From positions 1-59,132 of the forward strand of contig CALQCP020000001.1 in assembly GCA_943329105.2 (NCBI GenBank): DNA of 59,132 nt, read 5' to 3'. Made by a program: the position numbers and the translations under genes. Shown here in pieces: positions 53,435 to 59,132 of the stretch (positions within the stretch are counted from its first letter, which is position 1; each line of letters starts with the position of its first letter). The stretch is from Chitinophaga pinensis. GTDB lineage: Bacteria > Planctomycetota > Phycisphaerae > Phycisphaerales > SM1A02. The notes beneath the pieces are model-generated. The model saw only the letters and a program-made list of their open reading frames with translations, was not told the DNA's origin and made no database searches.

Positions 53435-54946
53435 ATGCCAATACCACTCTTCCTCGGCCTCGACATCGGAACTTCCTCGCTGAAGGCGCTGATTGCCACC
53501 GCCGAGGGAACACCCGTTGCCCACGCTTCGGTGGAATATCCGCTCTCTACCCCGCGCCCGGAGTGGAGTGAGCAAGACCCCGACGACTGGGTGCGCGCTG
53601 CCCACCAAGCCACGCGCGCCGCCATAGCAGCCGCCGTTCGCCTCGGCCATGCCGATGCAGCCCACCGTATTGCCGGCATCGGCTTCAGCGGACAGATGCA
53701 CGGCGCCACCTTCGTGGACCGCAGCAATACACCGCTGCGCCCATGCATTCTCTGGAACGACGCACGCAGTGCAGATGAGTGCGACCGTCTGGATCGCGAC
53801 ATCGGTCGCGAAACCATCGTGGCCCGCACCGGCAACCGCATGCTCGCCGGATTCACGGCGCCCAAGGTGCGCTGGGTGCAACGCCACGAACCCGGCGTGT
53901 GGAGCGCCACCGACTGCATCCTCCTTCCTAAGGACTACGTGCGCCTCAAGTTGGGCAGCGTGCGCGCCACCGATGCCGCCGATGCCAGCGGGACGCTCTA
54001 CTTTGATGTTGCACGGCGCGTCTGGAGCATGGACATGTTGCGCGACTTGGAAATCAATGCTTCGCAGGTTCCCGCGTGTCATGAATCGCCTGATCCAGTG
54101 GACCAACTCTCTCAATCCGCGGCAGCGCTGATGGGGCTCACTGCTGGCATTCCGCTGGTCGCTGGTGCCGGCGATCAAGCAGCGAATGCCATCGGCTCAG
54201 GCATCATTGCGCCGGGCGCGGTGGCTGCAAGCTTGGGCACGTCGGGCGTGATCTTTGCGGCCAGCGATTCGTTCCGCGCCTCGCCCGACGGTGCCCTGCA
54301 TGCATTTTGTCACGCGCTCCCTGGTCGATGGCATCTCATGAGTGTGATGCTCTCCGCCGCAGGAAGCATGCGTTGGTACTTGGACACCCTCGCCCGGGAC
54401 GCCATTGCGCGCGCTAATGCCGAAGGAGTTTCGATCCACCAACTGCTCGATCAGGACGCCGCCACCATTGCGCCGGGCTGCGAAGGACTCCGCTTCGTTC
54501 CCACGCTCGCCGGCGAACGATGCCCCATTCCCAATCCGCATGCACGTGGCGGATTTCATGGCATCAGCATGGCGCATACACAGGCGCACTTCACGCGGGC
54601 TGTGATGGAAGGCGTTGCCGCTGGAATGGGTCTGTGCATGGGCCTGATTCGACAAGCCGGAATCACGCCACCCGAGGTCATTGCATCGGGAGGCGGATTT
54701 GAAAGCCCACTGTGGACCGCCATGCACGCCAACGCCTTTGGCATTCCAGTGCGTCAGGCCGATACCCCGGATAGCGCCGCCCTCGGCGCGGCAATCTTGG
54801 CAGCCATTGGAACGGGAAATCGCGGGAAATTTCAGGAATCTTCGCGGGCGAGCGCCGAAATCACACCCGGCATTCAGCCAACGCAATTACAGCTCTGGAA
54901 AGACCTTATGGCTGAACAGGAAGTCCTGCAGAGAACTGCCCTTTGA
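53435..54946 (+). CDS. xylB: Xylulokinase (FGGY carbohydrate kinase)
   Basis: ATG 53435. LFLGLDIGTSSLKALI, GFSGQMHGATFVD, WNDARS, AGAGDQAANAIGSG, IASGGGFESPLW. Confidence 0.8.
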   Translation: MPIPLFLGLDIGTSSLKALIATAEGTPVAHASVEYPLSTPRPEWSEQDPDDWVRAAHQATRAAIAAAVRLGHADAAHRIAGIGFSGQMHGATFVDRSNTPLRPCILWNDARSADECDRLDRDIGRETIVARTGNRMLAGFTAPKVRWVQRHEPGVWSATDCILLPKDYVRLKLGSVRATDAADASGTLYFDVARRVWSMDMLRDLEINASQVPACHESPDPVDQLSQSAAALMGLTAGIPLVAGAGDQAANAIGSGIIAPGAVAASLGTSGVIFAASDSFRASPDGALHAFCHALPGRWHLMSVMLSAAGSMRWYLDTLARDAIARANAEGVSIHQLLDQDAATIAPGCEGLRFVPTLAGERCPIPNPHARGGFHGISMAHTQAHFTRAVMEGVAAGMGLCMGLIRQAGITPPEVIASGGGFESPLWTAMHANAFGIPVRQADTPDSAALGAAILAAIGTGNRGKFQESSRASAEITPGIQPTQLQLWKDLMAEQEVLQRTAL

Positions 54947-55084
54947 CACAAATCAAGAATCCGCGGGCGATTTCCTTGCACGTTCGCCCACCCGGGCTAC
55001 ATTATTTTTAGATTGAGATTGCTGTCGAGGAGGCGAAAAGGGCCAACTCTGCCTTTCCCTCCTCCCTCACAAGGGAGACCGATG

Positions 55085-55125
55085 CGCTCGATGGGTTAAA
55101 CCCCATCGAGCGTTCTTAATTTTCG
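55085..55125 (+). terminator. Hairpin plus T-rich tract between convergent genes (bidirectional terminator candidate)
   Basis: CGCTCGATGGG (55085-55095) and CCCATCGAGCG (55102-55112) with a 6-nt loop, followed by TTCTTAATTTTC. Confidence 0.55.
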
Positions 55126-55373
55126 GATGATTTTCCGGATGATGTTCCGGATGGCTGGTCGGGCGGATCCCCAAATTCCTCGCGCCGCCCCTTGGCAGCG
55201 CGCTCATCGTCCGCCTTTAACTTCGCTTCGAGTGCACTATCGCCCGATTCCTGGCGCTGTACTGCTTTCCAAGCAAAGAACGCCACGGCAATCATTCCCA
55301 TGATCGCCACCAACATGGTGACCACGTTGGAGATTGACCATGCACCGGCGGCCACAAGATTCACGTCGAGCAT
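55116..55373 (-). CDS. Small membrane protein with charged C-terminal tail, unknown function
   Basis: ATG 55373 (GAAGG 7 nt upstream). Two hydrophobic segments (VNLVAAGAWSISNVVTMLVAIMGMIAVAFFAW), then a Lys/Glu/Asp-rich tail. Lies 20 nt downstream of the amidase gene. Confidence 0.45.
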   Translation of the reverse strand: MLDVNLVAAGAWSISNVVTMLVAIMGMIAVAFFAWKAVQRQESGDSALEAKLKADDERAAKGRREEFGDPPDQPSGTSSGKSSEN

Positions 55374-55393
55374 GATCACGCCTTCGCCCTGAA

Positions 55394-56227
55394 TTACGCC
55401 ACGGCGCTGGATTTGAAGCCAGTCTTACGGAGCGCGAGAACCTTGGACTGCAGGTTAGTACCAGGGCAAAGCGTCTGCGCACCCTCCCACTCCTTGTGTG
55501 TCTTGACGTTTGCAGTTGGAATGCGATAGACGCGCTGTAACTGGGCAACCGTTCGGTTCAGCCCAGCGACCTGTGCGGCTGATGGCCGCTGCGACATGAA
55601 ATTACCCATGCACATCACCCCGATGTTGTTCTCGTTGCGATTCTTGACGTGCGCGCCTTGCCACTTTGTGACATCGCGCCCCTGCCAGACAACACCAGAA
55701 CGGTCAACGATGTAGTGGTAACCAATGTCGCTCCAACCCTTACCGCGATGACCGTTTCGAATCCATTCCAAGCGCAAGCGCGCCTCAAGGTCAGTCACGC
55801 CCCAGAATGGCGTCATCCCATCGTGATGGATAGTGATGTACTTGGGCGGCAGCATGGGATCCATGCCCTTGGTGTTTGGAACATCGCCGGCGGTGGACCA
55901 TGCCGCGCGCGGGCGCGCAAAGGGAACCGGACCATTGCTGTAGCAAATCGCCGGAGCCTGCACCTCGCCCGTCTTCGGGTCCACCTTCTGATCAATGCAC
56001 ACCACTCCCGGAGGAGCGTCAACACCTACTTCTGGAATGTCCGGCCACTCCGGCGCCGGGAGGCGGCTCGAAGCCAACTGCGTCGCGCGGCTGGTGGCGC
56101 ACCCTGCCACAAAGAGCGCTCCAAAGAACACAAAGGATCGTCGCGCAATAGCCATGCCGCGTTCGGCGGATTTCGCCAAGCGGAGTGCCTCAGGCGTGCT
56201 GTCACTACTGTTGAGATCGGTGCTCAT
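55394..56227 (-). CDS. N-acetylmuramoyl-L-alanine amidase, Amidase_2/PGRP fold, AmiD-like lipoprotein
   Basis: ITIHHDGM, GWSDIGYHYIVDRSGVVWQGR, GAHVKNRNENNIGVMCMGNF. Lipobox FGALFVAGC. Start ambiguous (ATG 56227 with AAGGAAG, or ATG 56155 giving a 19 aa lipoprotein signal). Confidence 0.85.
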   Translation of the reverse strand: MSTDLNSSDSTPEALRLAKSAERGMAIARRSFVFFGALFVAGCATSRATQLASSRLPAPEWPDIPEVGVDAPPGVVCIDQKVDPKTGEVQAPAICYSNGPVPFARPRAAWSTAGDVPNTKGMDPMLPPKYITIHHDGMTPFWGVTDLEARLRLEWIRNGHRGKGWSDIGYHYIVDRSGVVWQGRDVTKWQGAHVKNRNENNIGVMCMGNFMSQRPSAAQVAGLNRTVAQLQRVYRIPTANVKTHKEWEGAQTLCPGTNLQSKVLALRKTGFKSSAVA

Positions 56228-56387
56228 GTCGCTTCCTTGCAGACTGCTACGCACACTTGTGCAAAAAGATCAGCCGTCCTTCCTTGGATCGGCACACATG
56301 CTTCCACAACTGCAGTTTACGCACGACTTTGAGACGAGCGTAAACGGCCAAATCCTGCAAGAAATCCGCCGATATCTCTGCACGCCA

Positions 56388-57434
56388 TCACGCCGTACCG
56401 GGCTCCGCAGTGAGATTCGCTTGCAGCGCCGCCATCTGCTTCTCCAGCTCACGCGTCCGTCGGAGCAATTCTGGGAGTTGCTGAATAGCGATGAACTGCC
56501 GCTTGGCCAACTTGTCCGAAATGGCGGGTACGCCCAGCACCAATGCTCCGTCCGGAACGTCACGCATCACCCCGCTCTTGGCGCCAACAATGGACTGCTT
56601 CCCAAGAGTCAGGTGGTCCGCCACTCCAGACTGCGAAGCAATCACGGCGTAATCGCCCATGTGCACACTGCCCGCAAACCCAACCTGACCCATGATCAGG
56701 CAGTGCTTACCAATCTGCACATTGTGGGCAACGTGCACCAGATTGTCGATCTTGCTCCCCTTCCCAATGACGGTTGGTCCAAGCGCGCCGCGGTCAATGG
56801 CGGTGTTGGCGCCGATCTCCACATCGTCATGAATGATGACGATCCCCACCTGCAACATTTTGCGATGGTGACCTTCATCAAACACGTAGCTGTATCCGTC
56901 GGCGCCAATGACGGTGCCGGAGTGAATGCTCACGCGGTTGCCCACTTGGCATCCCGGATAGATCACCACATTGGGATGGAGCCGCGTGTCATCGCCAACA
57001 ACGCAGTCTGTACCGATGTTCACAGCGCTCAGTAGCGCGCACCGCTTGCCGATCGTGGCCCGCGCGCCGACGACGCAATTCGGCCCGATGTGCGCGGTTA
57101 CATCTACTTGCGCTGAGGGATCGATGACCGCTGTCGGGTGGATTCCCGCAGCATGCTCAACCGCTGGATGAAAGAGCGGCAACAGGCGCGCCACTGCGAT
57201 ACGCGCATCCGCCACGCGGATCACTACTTTGGAGGACGGTTGCACTTCACCCGAAACCAAGATGGCTGATGCTCCACTCCGCTCGGCAGCCTCAAGGTAA
57301 GAAGCCTTCTCTGCAAAGGTCAGGTCACCAGGACCCGCCCGATCCGCTGGCGCGAATCCTTTGAGAATGACGGAGCCATCGCCGTGAACTTCGCCATGAA
57401 CGCGCTCAGCGAGCTGTGTTGCTGTGAATTGCAT
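56388..57434 (-). CDS. lpxD: UDP-3-O-acylglucosamine N-acyltransferase
   Basis: ATG 57434 gives MQFTATQLAERVHGEVHGDG...LTFAEKASYL. Long run of left-handed beta-helix hexapeptide repeats (IHPTAVIDPSAQV, IGPNCVVGARATIG ...). C-terminal helix. Confidence 0.9.
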   Translation of the reverse strand: MQFTATQLAERVHGEVHGDGSVILKGFAPADRAGPGDLTFAEKASYLEAAERSGASAILVSGEVQPSSKVVIRVADARIAVARLLPLFHPAVEHAAGIHPTAVIDPSAQVDVTAHIGPNCVVGARATIGKRCALLSAVNIGTDCVVGDDTRLHPNVVIYPGCQVGNRVSIHSGTVIGADGYSYVFDEGHHRKMLQVGIVIIHDDVEIGANTAIDRGALGPTVIGKGSKIDNLVHVAHNVQIGKHCLIMGQVGFAGSVHMGDYAVIASQSGVADHLTLGKQSIVGAKSGVMRDVPDGALVLGVPAISDKLAKRQFIAIQQLPELLRRTRELEKQMAALQANLTAEPGTA

Positions 57435-57481
57435 GATGTATGTGGGGTCGGCACGCCGACCACGAAACGGTGGACTTGGAG

Positions 57482-58513
57482 TCAGTGACTGGATGCCGGG
57501 CGCAGACGGCGGCTCGCCGCATGCTTGGCGTGACCAGCAAGGCACTCCTTGAGACTGATCATCTTCTGCGCATCGACATCCCACACCTTGAGTCGCAAGC
57601 AGCGATAGATGTCAATGGGACGAAGCGAGGTGGACTTGGGCGTCATCAGTTCCGGAATCGCTTTCTTCACTTCCGGCAAGCGGTAGAAGGGGATGCGCGA
57701 ATTCAGGTGATGAATGTGGTGGTAGCCAATGTTTGCCGTGAACCACGACATGATGGGACCGGTCCGCAAGAAACTTGAGGACTCCATAGCGGCGATCTCA
57801 TACGCCCAACCGGCACGGTTGTAGAACGAAACCCCGGGGAAATTGTGCTGCGCATAGAAGAGGTAAGTGCCGATTGCACTGGCAATGAAGTGCGGAATGA
57901 TCATTGCCAACAGCAGCGCGGTCCATCCGAAGAACCACACCAATATCGAGCCCATGACAACATGCAGGCCAATGGCGATCACCCCGTCGTAGTGCTCGCT
58001 CGGCTTATTGAAGAATGGATAGACGCACATTCCGTAGAAGAAGATGAACACGTATCCAAACAGAATCGTCAGCGGATGACGCATGAACTGGTACTTGAGC
58101 CGGCGGCGCGGTGACGAGCGCAAGTATTCCTTGCTGGTCATCACCGGGAACGATCCAATGTGCGCAGAGCCGAGTTTGGAATTGTGTTTGTGGTGATAGT
58201 TGTGCGAACTACGCCAGACACTGCTGGGACTCAAGCACAACATGCCGACGCCCCACATGATCCACTCTGCCATGCGAGAACGCGGCAAGATGGCGTGATG
58301 TTGCTGATCGTGATAGATGACGAACAGGCGCAGCACCAACAAGCCTTCCAGCACCATGCAGGCGAGCCGAATGCTGATGTGGAAATTCAAGAGGGCTCCC
58401 ACAAAGGAAGCGACTAGGAGCACGAGCGTGGACAACACGTACCACCAACTACGAGCGGTCGAATCCGATGCAAACGGACGCGTAGCAAGAATAAGTTCCT
58501 TGCCCGTTCGCAC
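57482..58513 (-). CDS. Membrane fatty-acid desaturase (three His-box di-iron family)
   Basis: His boxes HDQQHH, HNYHHKH and HHIHHL in the expected order and spacing. Four hydrophobic helices. Confidence 0.85.
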   Translation of the reverse strand: MRTGKELILATRPFASDSTARSWWYVLSTLVLLVASFVGALLNFHISIRLACMVLEGLLVLRLFVIYHDQQHHAILPRSRMAEWIMWGVGMLCLSPSSVWRSSHNYHHKHNSKLGSAHIGSFPVMTSKEYLRSSPRRRLKYQFMRHPLTILFGYVFIFFYGMCVYPFFNKPSEHYDGVIAIGLHVVMGSILVWFFGWTALLLAMIIPHFIASAIGTYLFYAQHNFPGVSFYNRAGWAYEIAAMESSSFLRTGPIMSWFTANIGYHHIHHLNSRIPFYRLPEVKKAIPELMTPKSTSLRPIDIYRCLRLKVWDVDAQKMISLKECLAGHAKHAASRRLRPASSH

Positions 58514-58873
58514 CTTGGTCGCGTTATTTGTGTTTGTTCGTCCGCTGCCTAAGTGGCGGACGTCCCCTTTTGCAAACTGACGAGGATTAGGGACAGCAAT
58601 ACTGATTTACGAATTCTCTTTCCGACTGTCGACGGAGCGCGTCGCACGGTGTCCTTGATGGAAGGAATGTCCCATTTCAACAGTGTAGTAAGGGTCTGCA
58701 GTCAGGGGTCACGCCGAATTCACAGAAAGATGGCAAGAGTTTGGACAGGCACCGCCGGGGCGTGACCTGGCGCAGCGAAATCCGCTTGAAAAATAGGGGC
58801 GAAACCTGCGTACCCATGGGCCGTGAATTCGGTGTGCTTTGGCGTTCTCGGGTACAATTTGTAGTTCACCGAA

Positions 58874-59132
58874 ATGGCAGAATCACAACCCATCCCAGCC
58901 GACAGCGCAGCGCCCCAGGGCGCCAACGCCGCCCCCACCGCCGACGAATACACCTCGAGCACCATCCAAGTCCTGGAGGGCTTGGAAGCCATCCGGAAAC
59001 GCCCGGGGATGTACGTCGGTGGCGCAGGACCGGAAGGCCTGCATCACCTCGTTTACGAATGCGTCGACAACGCGATCGATGAGGTCATGGCCGGGTACGC
59101 CACCAATGTCCACGTGACCATCGGCGTTGACG
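58874..59132 (+). CDS. gyrB: DNA gyrase subunit B, N-terminal fragment (continues past window end)
   Basis: ATG 58874; the frame stays open to the last base. ...[49 protein letters not shown] is the canonical GyrB N-terminus. Absent from the ORF track because it has no stop in the window. Confidence 0.95.
   Translation, partial: MAESQPIPADSAAPQGANAAPTADEYTSSTIQVLEGLEAIRKRPGMYVGGAGPEGLHHLVYECVDNAIDEVMAGYATNVHVTIGVD

Noticed and set aside
55116-56227. Phage holin-endolysin lysis cassette
   Set aside because: The amidase carries a lipoprotein signal (AmiD-like) and no phage structural, integrase or terminase genes occur nearby. Kept only as a low-interest note.
55995-57035. 346 aa + strand ORF
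   Set aside because: It is antisense to lpxD and the amidase 5' end. The periodic hexapeptide-repeat DNA of lpxD keeps the opposite frame open. No start context and no motifs.
58514-58873. Chromosomal replication origin next to gyrB
   Set aside because: No dnaA, dnaN or recF lies adjacent, no TTATCCACA-type DnaA boxes are seen on either strand, and there is no AT-rich unwinding element.
1-59132. Mobile elements, prophage, tRNA/rRNA genes, defence islands
   Set aside because: I found no transposase, integrase, recombinase, nuclease/helicase defence-type ORF, terminal inverted repeats or tRNA-like cloverleaf sequence. All large ORFs are accounted for by envelope, transport, signalling or metabolic functions.

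Overview
GC-rich (about 60%, hand-estimated) chromosomal segment from a Gram-negative bacterium. It uses GGAGG Shine-Dalgarno sites and packs operons tightly with ATGA/GTGA/TTGA start-stop overlaps. Many prepilin-type proteins, TPR lipoproteins and a dockerin-like GDxDGDGxVGxxDLxxLLxxWG tail suggest the PVC group (Planctomycetota/Verrucomicrobiota), but I cannot verify this without a database search. About 48 protein genes are supported; I found no rRNA, tRNA, CRISPR array, transposase or integrase.

Gene content in order:
- ABC-2 permease, GldG-like and DUF4340-like module
- hybrid histidine kinase
- AsmA-like protein and a SYLF lipoprotein
- an approximately 15 kb type IV filament locus (7796-22608) in two divergent operons
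- Ser/Thr kinase
- small membrane protein, FG-GAP-like propeller and HFCD flavoprotein
- P1B-4-like metal ATPase
- a three-gene operon of unknown function ending in a Trp-cluster secreted protein
- cytoplasmic mannoside module (GH38, sodium:solute symporter, GH2)
- an approximately 12 kb TonB-dependent supercluster (40846-53227)
- xylulokinase
- AmiD-like amidase
- desaturase and lpxD
- the 5' end of gyrB

The three best candidates for something undescribed:
1. The TonB energizer / TonB-dependent receptor (TBDR) / beta-helix-dockerin / DUF4142 supercluster.
2. The 232 aa / lipoprotein / 746 aa operon at 29230-32661.
3. The mosaic T2SS/T4aP filament machine, with a giant minor pseudopilin and a coupled hydrolase.

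All family names come from motif recognition by eye and from memory. No searches were run.
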